Made by a program: the position numbers and the translations under genes. The notes under the pieces were generated by a model. It saw only the letters and a list, made by a program, of their open reading frames with translations. It was not told where the DNA came from and did not search any database. DNA of 64,000 bases from Moniliella sp. 'wahieum' (Eukaryota), in contig RSEE01000060.1 of assembly GCA_003971905.1 (NCBI GenBank), positions 62,001 to 126,000 on the forward strand. The letters are read 5' to 3'. Below, one piece after another: positions 26,872 to 39,741 of this stretch (position 1 is its first letter; every line of letters begins with the position of its first letter).

Positions 26872-27519
26872 TCTGGAGGGTAGCAGGAAAGAAGCTGGGG
26901 CTGGCTTGCTCACCACCGCCTGGTTTGCTGCGTGCATGGCCGCTGGGTGCTGCTGCTGGCGCCCAGCGCTCCAGCACTCCCAGCCGCCATCCCGGGTGGG
27001 GCCGCAGGCAGCACGGCGCCTGTATGGTCCCAGCTTACAAATTCTGGCCTCAGACCCCGTGCTGGGCCCCGTACTGCGCCGCTGTTCCGTTTCTAATCCC
27101 GCGAACCAGTCCGATTTGAACATTTGCCCTGCGAGCACTGTGTTGATGCATTGCGTACGTAAGACAGGCGACAGTTGAACGTTGAAGTTGCGGCTTGGTT
27201 GCTCCCGCCTCTCCGCGGAATTGGACGTAGTAACCGACCACGCCTTTTACCAGGCACCAACCTCCAAGTACTTACTGATGAATTTCGCGCGACGCGTGAC
27301 GTCGTATCAATCGCCCCAGCCGTCCCTCCGCGCTGATCTTCACCACGCCTCTGCACACCACTCGTCTCGGCAGCTTAACGCTTACCTACGTAATCGCATA
27401 GTCGGCAGGTAATTCATTGATCTACTCCAACACAGTACGTATGGAGAGGGGGATATAAGGCGGTGTGTGTAACGGAGGCATGAAGCCGAAGATGGTGAAG
27501 ATTGGATCGAGGACGACAC

Positions 27520-28270
27520 AGGCTGAGTACTCAGGAGTGTACTGAGTAGTAGGCCTTGTTGAGTACGCAGACCCAGTTGAGAAGGATCATGCTGTGTCTT
27601 TTCATGCAGCACGCTGGGTCTGATGCGCCCTGCGCAAAAGCGCAAAGCCAGTGCAGAGCGCAGATCATTCGACCAACACGGAGTACCAGAGAGCACTGCG
27701 GATCGAATGCACGAGCTAGCGCACTAGCATACCTGGACGTTGGCTCAGCCAGCGGGATTGAGACGGAGGGTGGGGGATGCGTCATGCATGGGTCTGGGTA
27801 TAGTTCTCCAGGGCCTCATACTTCTGGGCGTCAAATTTCAAATAGCCCCAAGAGGCCGCAATATAGGCAGCCTTGAAGCTTGATTGTCGAAGATCGGTCG
27901 TATCGCTTCAAACGCTTCAGGGCCGCAGCCAGCTGTAGCACAGACAATGCGCCGGCACCTAACCGGCATCGTCGGTGGCTAGTTGCTAGTAAAGCTTAAA
28001 GCCATTGACTAGTGACTAGTTACTAGTTAGCGCTTAGCGCTTAGCGCTTTATATTTATAGCAACCACACTACCTGGGGGTTGCCTGGCATGCGTGGCGTC
28101 GCAGTCGCATGTCATGCATGTCACATTGTCACATGTTGCTGTGGCGCTGTGCCTCCGGGAGGCCTACGCACTATGGCGGCTAGACTACAACGACGGTCCT
28201 CAGTATGTGGCAGAAGGTAGACGAGGGAGAACTAGCTGAACTATCGACGATCGATGATCGCATATAAGGC
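27520..28270. repeat. Island of 7-bp-period palindromic repeats
   Basis: Six units in register at 28008-28048: ACTAGT-G-ACTAGT-T-ACTAGT-T-AGCGCT-T-AGCGCT-T-AGCGCT. Confidence 0.92.
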
Positions 28271-29050
28271 GCTGGGGTCGAAGCAGGCAGTGCGCTGGTG
28301 CCACAGAGCGGATGCACTGGCCAGAAACCGGAGCGCTAGCGACGTCGATCCCCGAACGCCACATGCAGGCGCAAACCCAACAGGCCGCAGTAGGTCGCTC
28401 TGGGGGAGCTGGAAGCTTGACACACCGTCCCGCTCGTCCCCGCCCGCTCGCCACTGTTCCGATGGACCGCCGATCACCAGACTGCAGCACAGCACCGGTG
28501 TGGTGCAGTTTTTTTCGCCATCCGCATGGGGCCAGGACGTCGGCCGGCCGCTGCGCTTTGCTTCGCTTCCCGCACTGGAATCGGTGACAGTCATCGATGG
28601 TCAGGACGAGATTGGCAAGTGGCTAGTCAAGTGCTAGTGACGAGCACTGGGGACGCGTGACGCGTGGCAAGGCACGGGGCGAGAGGTTGCAAGGGGCCCA
28701 ACGACGCAGCGCGGGCAGAGGAAGCGCTAATAACCAGTAGCTAGCAACTGCGCTCCCGCTCAGCGCTCAGCGTGAGCGCTGACTCGGCTGAGCCCCGTGC
28801 GTCCCGCCCCACTCCGCCCCGCAATCGGCAATGGAACAGTGGGCTGGTGCCTGGGTGCCGGTGGCTGGTGAGCTATGCCCGCTGACCGGTGACCGGCGAC
28901 CAGTGGGCACAGCCAGAGGCCCCCGCCAGTCTGAAAGACTTGGACAGCGCCGACTGCCTACCGCCTGCACCCCATCCACCTTCTGCGTCGCCCACCACCA
29001 CCACCGCGCCCCTCTCTTCACCCCCTTCCCACATTCTTTTGCTCGGCGCG

Positions 29051-30561
29051 ATGCGTGCTGTGCTGCCGCTTGCCCTTATCCTCGCTGTCGTGCTGGCCGC
29101 CCTGGCTGCGGCCATGCCTTCGCCCGATGCCTTCGCCCAGCCCAACCGTGAGCCGAGGGGCGTGCAGGCTGTCCGCCGCGCCTCGATTGCCCCCCGAGCG
29201 TCTAACAATGTGACCTACCGCCTCCCCACTCCGACCCCTTCTACCTCCGCCCGGCAACATTAGTCTCTACAAGCCCGGCGATGTCATCCGCACCCGTGTC
29301 ATCCAGCCCGAGTAAAGGTCAACGGTGCCGGCCGTACACCCAGATCCTCTACCGCACCACCACACCCAGGGTCACCCCTCGGCCACCGTGACGACTGCCA
29401 TCGAACCCGCCAGCGGATCGCCCCCGCGCATGATGTCCTACCACATCTGGGAAGACTCGACCAACCGTGACTGTGCTCCCTCCTACACCCATCCTCCTCG
29501 GCAACGATGCGCCCAACATCATGGTACTCGGTACGTGATCCCTCTCTCTTCCATTACTGCCTTCATGCTAAACCATCTTCTGCGTGTAGGCGACGATGTG
29601 CCGGTGTGGTTCGACTTTTTGTCGAAAGGCATCACGGTTGTCGGCCCGACTACGAAGGCCCCAAATCTGCGTTGTTTGCCGGATTCCAGGCTGGCTATGC
29701 CATTCTGGACTCGGCTCGTGCCGTCAGGAACTACCTCAATGGCCGGCAGACGCCAAGGTTACCATGACGGGCTACTCGGAAGGTGCACATGTGACCTGCT
29801 GGGCCGCCAACTTGGCCCCGTCGTATGCACCTGACCTCAACATTGTTGGCACTTCACATGGAGGCACAACCAATCGACATGGAGCTTACGCTGCGTCACT
29901 TTGACAACACGTCCTTCTCTGGATTTACGCTTGGTGGCATGCACGGCATGATGGCTGCTTACCCCAAATTCAACCGTACCATTACCCAGCATGCTCAACA
30001 GCGCGTCCTCACCGACCTGGCCAGCATCTACGCGCCTCCTGTCTGCCATGCAATCTGCGTGGCGCCGCCTACGCCAACATTCCTTACATGGAAATGCTCA
30101 ACTTGCCCAGTGGCGATCCCTACAACGATCCTGTCGTGCGTGTTGTTTTGAACCGGGAAACATGTGGAGTAACAAGTCCTCCGTGGGTGTTGGATACCCC
30201 AAGTTCCCCCGTATGATCTATCAAGGCCGGAATGACGATGTTATCAGCTACGCTGCGGTCCAGGCCTACGTCGACCAACAGTGCCAGCACGGCGCTAACA
30301 TTCAGTTTAACATTTACGAAGCCAACGCCCACACGGCTCCGCAACTTGTCATTGGCGGAGACCTGAATGCCATGCTGTTCACGCTCCAGGTGTTGGAGTT
30401 GGACGGCCAAGCCTTTGTGCCCGTACCGTGTGGATCACCCTCCCCACCTTGCTCAACCTGTGACATTGGGCGTCGACGATCTGCTCGGTGGCAACATTCT
30501 TGCTGCCTTCCAAACGCTTTGGAACCAAGGCCAAACCGTGCTGGGCAGCATTGGCTTGTAA
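29051..30561 (+). CDS. Secretory lipase (Candida LIP / CalA-like family)
   Basis: Signal [49 protein letters not shown] nucleophile elbow, [40 protein letters not shown]. Confidence 0.9.
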
Positions 30562-33216
30562 TCCCGTTTTCTTTTTCTTTCCTTTTGTTTGAACTGTATC
30601 CACTCCACCCTCTCTCGTAACACCTCCCTTGCTCTTGTTCTTTTTGCTCTGCCTGTGCACAGCCACATTTTTTATCCTCTTTTGGTCGTCTTGTCACGTG
30701 TCATTGCTACTTCTCGAGTGGTCTATGCCCTTCCATAGCCACCTCTGATGGTAGCTAGGGCTGAACTGTTGGTTTATCCCTCGGACATTTGATCCAAATT
30801 AACACCAGTTTCTGGTTAACTGTATGAATGGCGTGGACCTTGGCAGATGATAACGAGAAGAAGTACCGCCTACCACTGTAGGCATACCAGTGGGCAGCTC
30901 GCTCGTTCACTCTGAACATACTGACACGGACAAGGTGTGCAAATGTTGTTGAGCCGACCTAACCGAGCTGGCGCCCTACTATATGTCAGAAGAGTGCGGC
31001 CCGACCTCGGATGTGCTGGCTCATGCTGGCGTCGCAAGATTGCAACGGAGACGATAAAAAGAGTTGGGGCGTTTTATACAAACGCGCCTTGCCAAACACA
31101 GTACGGCAGCGATGTTTGGCCCGACGGACTGTTCCGGTGACTTCTGCAGAATGGTCGCATCCCGCTCTCACACCCTGCTGCGTTTTCGTAGCATCGGATC
31201 TTGTTCGTAAATGGCCTTCCTGCAGTTCCAAATCATCTCCCCTCTCTTAGGATGCGCCCTTCTGCTCTGCCCGGCGTTGTCGTAGTAACGTCAGAGAACA
31301 TATAACATCCCATGCTTTTCCTTCGTAGTCTCGTGTGCATCTCCCAAGAGCAAAACACTTTGCTTTCCTCATTGCTCCAAAGGGCTTCGTCGGTCATACA
31401 AGGAGAATCGCTCGATAAAATGGTGTGATCCGCGTAGGGTACTTGCACATAATCGATTTAGGAGACCAACGCACCAGTGTGTGCCAGAAAGAGAGAGATA
31501 CGGATTTGGCCAACTGGCGATGCCGGCGCGACACTATTTTGGGCCATACTTTGTGGTGGGCGTGGACTGCATCAGCAACTTGTTGTGGACGATCCCTGCT
31601 GGGACATGATACCTGCGCTTCCCCTGCCTCCCTACCCAAAATTAAATCATCTCCCAGCATCAACAACTCTGTGGGAGCTTCTTTCCGATATGAACTGTGA
31701 CTGTGAACGTTGACGACCACACTCAACAATCAACAGATGCGGCCTCTCGAGCCCCGAAGCAGACCCCGCGGCACGTGACATCGCCGTTGCCCACAGCGCA
31801 TTTATCTCAAGTCAACTTGATGCATGTAGCATGATGCATGGTTGACTGTTGCCATCAACCGTTGGGTCGGACGTGTATCCCGCCCTCGAGACTGTTGCAG
31901 ACGTTGCTGGGATTCTTGGACCGCTGATCTGGACATCATGAACAGGCCACGCGGGCTTGAACATCGTGATCCTGTGATCCTCCCCATATCACTCACTATC
32001 AGAGGAGTGGGGTGGGTGGGGCCAAAGGCCTAAGGCCTCGCTAAAAGGCCTAGCTAAGGTGTGCGCGAACGTTTAGCGTCGGAAATCGCATGAGTCGGAG
32101 ACTGAGCCTCGCCTCAGCGCCATCGCTCAGCCTGAGGTGTTTGTGCTGCAACTGTGGCGGTGACTGGGCGATAATGGGTCTCCTCCGGGTCCTCTGCAGT
32201 GGATTGGGTGGACCCTACTGAGACTACTAACCTGTGGGCCGAACCGAGAAGGAGGATTGCGGCGTAGTGCCAGAGACACTGTATTTAAAAAAAGTGCGGA
32301 AGCGCTGCCTCGTTTCGGATGGGAGTAAACTAATGCCTGGCAGTTAGGGCTTAACGAACAGCGCTATAGTGCTTCTGTGCTGCTTCGAATATGCCCTCGC
32401 CGCCTTTGAATTTCATGCAGGCACATGCCTGTGTGGGTTGCGTTGTTTGCGTTGTCCTCCGTCAAGCGTCGACGTCTCAGAGAAACGCACAACAGTCCAA
32501 CAGGATATATCACGCTGCCCTTCCGTGAGGAGAAGAGCAGACCCTATACTGGGGCGACCCGGACACTCAAGTGACTACCTAAGGCCACGGCAGGCAGGGC
32601 GACTAGCAGTGACTGGTGTTTGGCGGGCGGCGGGCGCAGAGACTGATGCCCCAGTGACATCATTATATTGATGTGAGGCAAGGCAACATCGCAGAGACGC
32701 CACAGCTACGCTCGCGTAAATGGCTCATTTTAAACCCAGCAGCCTGTGATGCACATGCGAAGGCACCGTCTTGTTGCAGCACAAGGGCGCACACCCACGA
32801 TGCTCTCCCAGCGGCAATGTGTGATCCAGGTTGGTCGATGTGCGGGGAAGGGACGGGGCAGTACGCGCCCTAATACCGTTGACAGCATTGGTCGGGCGGG
32901 GGCACAAGCACAGTGTGCGTGAGCTGCCATGGGCAACGGCTGGAGCCAGGGCAGACGCGAGGGTCAGCGCTCAGCCTGGCTCCCGCTCAGGCCGCACCGT
33001 CCCGTCCCCCCTCCATATATTGGCAGTGCCAGATCAGTGCAGGCACTCTACTCACTTGTAACCCCACCATCACCGCTTCCGCTGCAAGAGCAATTCCCTG
33101 CCTTTGAACCAGTAGATCTAACGCCCCAAGGCCGCCTCCCCCATCAATACGATCCACTATCGAACCATGGGCCTGCCCACGGCCGTTTCAGCCTTGGCCA
33201 AACCCCCTACGTCCCG

Positions 33217-34726
33217 ATGGGAGACGACACAGGTCCCCACAACAGTGAGGTGCGCTACATCCCCCAGCATCGCCGCCTTGGCCAGGGTGGATTCGGCACA
33301 GTGTCGCTCGCCAAGCGCTCGTCTGACCAAGCTCTGGTTGCGATAAAAAAGTCCGCTTCGAGACCCCCCAAGGCGGCTCTCCCGACAGCGAAGAGCGGGG
33401 GCGGCTCGAGTCCGAAATCCGGACACTCTATGCGCTTGCACCGCACAAAAACATCATAGGCCTCAGTGCCACTTGGTTCAACCCTGCCACAAAGTAAGTC
33501 TGACTTATCTGTCGCCCCGTGCCTCCTATAACGGGGAAATGGTTGTCGTATGCCAGCAGTTCGTCCCTTTCTCTTGTGGATGAGTCGAAAGCTAACAGTA
33601 TTACAGTGTCTGTTCCCTAGTGTTCGAATATGCCTCTGGAGGGTCGTTGGATGGGCTTATTTCCGCGTACCGAAACCAAGCAAACGGGCACACATTGGCC
33701 GGGCTGGATGTCAGTCTGGTGCGATCGCTGTTGCTCCAGCTCCTGCAAGCAATCGACGCTTGCCACAACTACACCGATCCCATCACGGGCGAGCAGAGCG
33801 TCATCCTTCATTGCGATCTCAAGCCGGCCAACATCCTTCTGGACCAGCGCATGCGACTCAAGCTCGCCGACTTTGGTATGAGCCTCTCGTACCCACGCGG
33901 CTGCCTCGGTGCGGCCTGGCCCGGTGGCACCGAATACTACCTTGCTCCGGAGCTGGTCGTTCCTCCGGCCAAGGCGCAGAGGACCGCGACCCCGGCGACG
34001 GACATGTATGCGATTGGGTGCATCGTGTACGAAATGTGCACCCTCTCCCGCCTGATTCGTCCGGGCCCCGGTGGCCGAGCGGTGCGTGCCGAACCGGTCT
34101 TACCCAAAGGGTACCCACCCTGGTTGGTCGAAGTGGTGCAGTACCTGGTGAAAAAGGAGGCAAGCCAACGTCCCCCCGCTCGTCAGATCTTGGCGCTGGA
34201 GGTGATGAAAGCAGAGGAACAACAACTGGCCCTCGTCCAGGCCAAAGCCGATGCTGAAGACCAGATTGCCAAATGGGAGAAATTGGGCCTTCTCCAGGCA
34301 ATTATGTCCCCCTCTGCGACACCCAATGTGCCAGTCCAGGGGCACAAGAATGAGCAAGCGCTTCTTTGTTCGTCCACCGACAAGTGGAGCAGTAACTTCT
34401 GGGACTCTGCCTATGACGATGCGTCACTCACGGCCCTACGGCGCGAGCTTGCAAAGTACATTAAGGCTAATGACGATGTAAGGGAGGAGCTCAAGGCGCT
34501 GGACAAACTGGAGCAGGAAGTGGACGGCGCTTACGAGGCCGTTGTCTCCATCGGACGCCGTGGTGCTGAATGGTTCCAAAGGGTCCGCGCCCAGATGGAC
34601 AAAGAACGGGCCCGAGCCGAGGAGGCGCTCCAGATGGACAAGATCATTCGCGGGATGTGCCACCAGCTCGACTGCATTGAAGATAATGTGCAGCGGAACG
34701 AACTTGCCCTGCCTGACGCCAACTAA
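33217..34726 (+). CDS. Ser/Thr protein kinase, NIMA/NEK-like, with C-terminal coiled coil
   Basis: LGQGGFGTV, VAIKK, FEYASGGSL, ILHCDLKPANILLD, KLADFG, GTEYYLAPE, DMYAIGCIVYEMCTL; intron about 33494-33606. Confidence 0.9.
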
Positions 34727-36392
34727 GCGTCCTTTTCCCATTCCCTCTTCTTACTACTACATATCCACAAGGTTCGGTTTTGGCTTTGGCTCACTCGACA
34801 TATGATTATATGTAAACTAAAACAACTAGTGTCTCTCTCTCGCCTCGAGGATTGGAATCTGCATCCCTTTTTTGTGACCGCACACGATGGTATTCTTACA
34901 TAGCTGTTACTATATATGGTGTACTACTAGTGGTAAGTATGAGGGTTTGTAGATAATTGAGTATACACCACTATATTATCGCTGCCTGTGGAGTGAGACT
35001 CTTTCTCCAACAGGAAAGATGATGATCCACTAGCAGCATAATATAAGGACGTATTTCACCAGCAGTATTTTATACATGTCCAGAGGATTTTAAGGATGGG
35101 GATGGACCACGCATTTTGAAGAGCCCCGGGACAAACGTGTGAGAAATACGGATGTGGAAAGGGAATGAGATGGGGCTACATTGACTTCTTTTTGAGTAGA
35201 CTGAGTTCGAGATAAATGTCAAAAGCATACCACAACAGTGGGAAGAGGAAGAGCTACAACGCTCCGTTGTACAGTACAGGTCGAGATGGACCGCAGAGGA
35301 GGTGATCCGGTCGGTGACGGTTCCTTGGCTTAGAATGATGATTGCTGGCATGCCGACCGTAAGATGTTGTCGCTGAGCTCCCACTTGCAATGATAATGTT
35401 GTATGGTCTGTATTCTTGCAGAAAAGTAAATGCTATGAACACAGTCAAACCCAAGGTTGGCACCAAAAGATAATCACGGCACCAAGGTTGTGGAAGGGGA
35501 GCAAGTACCACAGCCTTGATGGATGTGCAGCCTCTGGAGCCCGGAGAATGCCCCGCATCAGCAACCAAATGCGTTTGACCGGTGCAATGCACATCAACAA
35601 CGGGCGGGGTAGAGAGCATTCAAAAGACCAAGTCCTTCCCCTCAGCCCCACAACTTCTCCGGTCGCATTGGCATCTCTTGGCGAGGGCGACTGTGATGTT
35701 GAGGCGTGGAGTCCTGATGGTCATCGAGGGTAGTGCAATGACACGAATGGTGGTTGTCAAAGCCAAAAGTCAACAAAACACCCATAGAAAAAGACAAGTA
35801 GTTAATCGCCACTAGGGGCTATAGGCTGTGGAAGGGGAAAACTGAAGCGAGAGAACAACGGAACTTCTAGGTGGGAGGAGGCCTGGGAGCCTGTGAAGGG
35901 ACCTTTTGGCCAAACGCATGAGCCAACCGGTGGCTCCACAGCACCGTTTTTACTGTTCACACGTCCAGCTGCGACGGTTGCTTCGTGTCGACATTGCTCT
36001 CCTGAAAAACGACGTCTGGTGGACGTTGTGGGGGTCGAGGTGTGTTTGGGGTTAGAGAGATGTGGTCAACGCAGCGTCGGCGCTGCTCTTCTGCGGCACA
36101 TGGAGAGCCACACGGGATGCTCGGGAGAGGAGGCCAAGTGGGTACGCTCGCGCTTGGCGCACTGCACCAGTGTCGTCGCACCCATGCCCCACATTCGGGT
36201 TAAGCGCGCGTTAAGCATGGCGCTTACAGACGGCGCTGCCCCATGGCCGAGCAGGGCCGAATCATTTAATCGTTATTAATCACAGATGAAATCATCGAAA
36301 TCATCTCACAGGCAAGGGTGAATAAAAGCCCGCCTGGCCCGGCAATTCTCGATCCGGCACGCAACATCCCCACCTTGATCTCATCCTCCACA

Positions 36393-37594
36393 ATGGCGCC
36401 TGCCATCCCGGCTACTCGACGCTCGTGGTATTTCGTCAAGTACGCAAATGGACCGCTTGACCCGGCCAAGTCGTTCGAGCTGAGGGCGGAACCCATTCCT
36501 GAGCTGAAGGAGGACGAAGTGCTGGTTGAAGTGGACTACTTGGCCGCCGAGCCGTCGATGCGCGGTACCATGCGTTCCACCGAGTCCTACCGTCCTCCTG
36601 CTCCACTCAATCAAGTCTTCTGGGCTCTGGGCACGGGAAAGGTCGTAGCTTCCCGCTTCGCCCCTCTGCCTGTGGGTACCTTCGTCTATGGCAACCTAGG
36701 CTTGACGACCCATGCGATTGTGAATGGACCTCAGGTCACCTCTCCCCGTGCGGGTGCGTTCGCCTTGCGTCCTGTTCCTACTCGCCCCACTAAGAATGGC
36801 ACCATCCTGGACGCGAGGGAATTTATGACTGCCTTTGGTCCTCCAGGGATGGCTGCCTACGTCGGCCTGCTCCACCCTCTGGTCGGAGCCCTGGGACGGT
36901 TCCGCGATACCAAACTGGAGGACGAAGTGGTGCTCGTTACAGGCGCTGGTGGAGCGACAGGGAACTATGTGATCCAGATTGCTAAGGCAAAGGGTGTCAA
37001 GAAAATAGTGGGGATTGCCTCCAAAGGCAAGCGCGATGCCGTGCTCGCTTCCGGTGCTGATGCTTTTGTCGCTTACGACGAGCCCGACTTCCAAGCCCAA
37101 CTCTTCCAGGCAACTGAACGGAAGGGGACATTGTAAGTACCCCTCATTTTACTTCGGAAGGGTCGTCGACCGGCTGAGTGCTAATATTTTGGGGAACAGG
37201 CTATTCGAAAACGTCGGAGGTAAAGTTTTCCAAACCGCGCTGCTGGCCTTGGAGGAAAATCGTGGTCGGGTGGCTCTTTGTGGGCTGGTGAGCCAATATG
37301 ACAGCCTGAAACCCGACGTAACTGTACAGCAAGTCTATCGTGGGGTATTGTTCTGTCGCGCCGGTTGACTGTCAACGGGTTCATTTGCAGTAACCCCATC
37401 TACCAAGACATCAAGCCGTTGAAGGTCTTACGGAGCTTTTGATGAACAACCAGATCCACTCGACCTACTACGAATACCAACCCTCCGGTATTGAGAACGC
37501 TGTGGATGCTATTTTGGCCATGCTACAGGGGAAGAATGTGGGCAAGACCACGATTGCGATCCGTCATCCGTCCGCTGTGAATTCCAAGATGTAA
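36393..37594 (+). CDS. NADP-dependent oxidoreductase, MDR / prostaglandin reductase-like
   Basis: IPELKEDEVLVEVDYL, VVLVTGAGGATG..VIQIAKAKG, FENVGG, GRVALCGLVSQY, ends GKNVGK; intron about 37133-37199. Confidence 0.92.
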
Positions 37595-37620
37595 TAGTCC
37601 CCCGATTGGTGCATAACACC

Positions 37621-39207
37621 TCAAATGCATTTCTCTCCCGTGTGAAACTGTGACTCGTGGATTGCTTGTACATACTGCGCCGTGAGTGCCTCTAACCCCG
37701 TAAGGGTTTGGTCGTCAGCGCCTTGAACATCGCTGGGTTCCCGATCCCAAGGAGTGGACATATCCGTCTTTACGGAAGAACCGATGTAACTAGCACCTTG
37801 TCGCCCTGGGTCCGAACATGCCCAATGGTGCCCTAGCATGGCCCACTCGTTCTTGTTCTCCAAGGTAAGAGACGTTGCGCTTGAGAATGAATGAGGAAAT
37901 GAGCTTGAAGACGATACGAGAAACTTGGCCCAAGCCGCCCGGAAGGATGGTGGTGGACGTATGCGCCACATGAGCTTACTCCATGTGTTGTGCTCCATCT
38001 TATGGGCAATGTGTTGTTGTTCGTCATCTGTTGGATCGGGGTGCCCGCGTGCGCCTGTTGGCAATGGCCGTTCCCGTCCCCGCACCAATTCAAACACCAA
38101 GCGCCCTATCCGCATCGGCTCGTCCACCACCACCAAATTTTGCAAAGTAGGGGACGAAAGAAAATGTGCAGTGTTGCCCTTGCCAGGTACAATCCACCAC
38201 CCCCTTCCAGTCCATCCGGGATCACCCCTGGTGCCCGCGCTCTAAACAAGTCGGGGTTACCCGGAAAAGATGCGCGAGAGAACAATGTGGGTCAAGCTGC
38301 TGAGCTGGGCCAGCGCGCTGACAGAGGCGGGGGTGTACATGTGCAACTGGGTCATCCATCAGCGTTTGTGCCTTTCTCGCGGGGGAAGGGGACTCACCTC
38401 AATTCGCTTGAGCGCAAGCAATGGCCATGTTGCAACCGCATAATCAAAGGTGGGGGCAGCCGCATCCCCAGTGGCCGTACCAGTCCCGAGGGAGAGACGC
38501 CTTGGTTCGTTTGCTTGGCTTGGTAAGCAGTCGCTCGCTCCACCAGATCGTCCTCCTGACGCGATGCGAAGCCGGCCAGCGTCTCGGTGAGCGGATCGGA
38601 AGGATCAAAGAGGTAGCGTGGCCCAGCTTGAAGGGATAACTGATACGAGACTGCTCGTTCGGCTGCCAAATCGGGTCCGATCAGACACACTTCTTCCGCC
38701 TGGCCTAAACGGTAGGCTGCTCTTGTGGCCGACGAACCAGCGGGGCCGAGCAGCGAAGGGGATAAGAGGAGGTGAGTGATTGATGGCCCCACGGAAAAGA
38801 ATGGCATCCACGTCGAGTGCGTGCTGCGACCCCACTGCTCCAGGAACCATGTACTCCCCCCGTGATCTAGGAGTACGGCCGATCGAGTCCAGCGCGCTCG
38901 TTCTGTGCCCCTTGGCCCTTGTAGAGCAGAGCGAAAGAGGGAACCGCCCGCGGTCCAACGATACGAACATGTCGATACAACACTGGCTCATACAACTCTC
39001 GCCACACAGAACCAAGGAGGCAAAGAGTAATCAGCGTCGGCCGCGGCCGCAAGCCCTGGCGGGGCGAAGTCGAGGCGGGGCGGCCGCTCCGGCCGCGCTC
39101 CGCTCCTTATTCCCACATGCATCCTCCCATGTCGTAACACGAATCAAGGCATCGAAGATCTCAAGCAGCAGCTCAAACGGAAGATACGCAAACGGGTTGT
39201 TCACCAT
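37621..39207 (-). CDS. F-box-like protein
   Basis: N-terminal PFAYLPFELLLEIF..., LCLLGSVWRELYEPVLYRHV typical of fungal F-box-like domains; rest fragmented over frames. Confidence 0.65.
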
Positions 39208-39491
39208 CCTGTCGTGGTCCTGTGGGACATAGCACGTGGGGAAGGGACGGTGGCTGTGGGGGAGAGAAATTGGAGATGGCAGCCCGATACCATTGATATC
39301 ATACCCCTCCCCAATGATCGAAATGATCATGATCGTTGAACGAGCCCCTCACGTAAGCCGCGCTGTGTGCCACCACGAAATATGTCATTGCAACGTGAGG
39401 CGCATGTGCATGGTGGCGGATGGTCGATGATCGATGATCGATGATCTCTTTGATCCGATGGCCATTCATATGATGATTTCTGAGGCCCACC

Positions 39492-39741
39492 GGTTAGAGT
39501 GCGGCTAGGGAACGCAATGAGCAGCACAAGAGATGAGTTTCAAGGCGTGCAAGAGGGCAGTCCGTCAGCCACAAGTCCTTCAGCAAGCTGAAGCTCTGAA
39601 GGGAAGAAGACAAGAGCCAGCAAGCAAGTCGGAACAGACAAAGGGGTGGCGCAGCCCGCGCAAGGGCGAAACACCCGAACCAGCGAGTGTCACCGATCCA
39701 TTGGAGAGAGTGTAGGTGAACCCTAGCACTACCCGCTAGCA
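39492..39741 (-). mobile_element. Old solo LTR, family B, inverted relative to 44225
   Basis: Reverse complement shares TGCTAGGGTTC, CAATGGATCGGTGAC, CTTCCCTTCAGA, GACTTGTGGCT, CACGCCTTG and GCACTCTA with 44225-44479; flanks CCACC / CCGCC (TSD with 1 mismatch). Confidence 0.8.
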
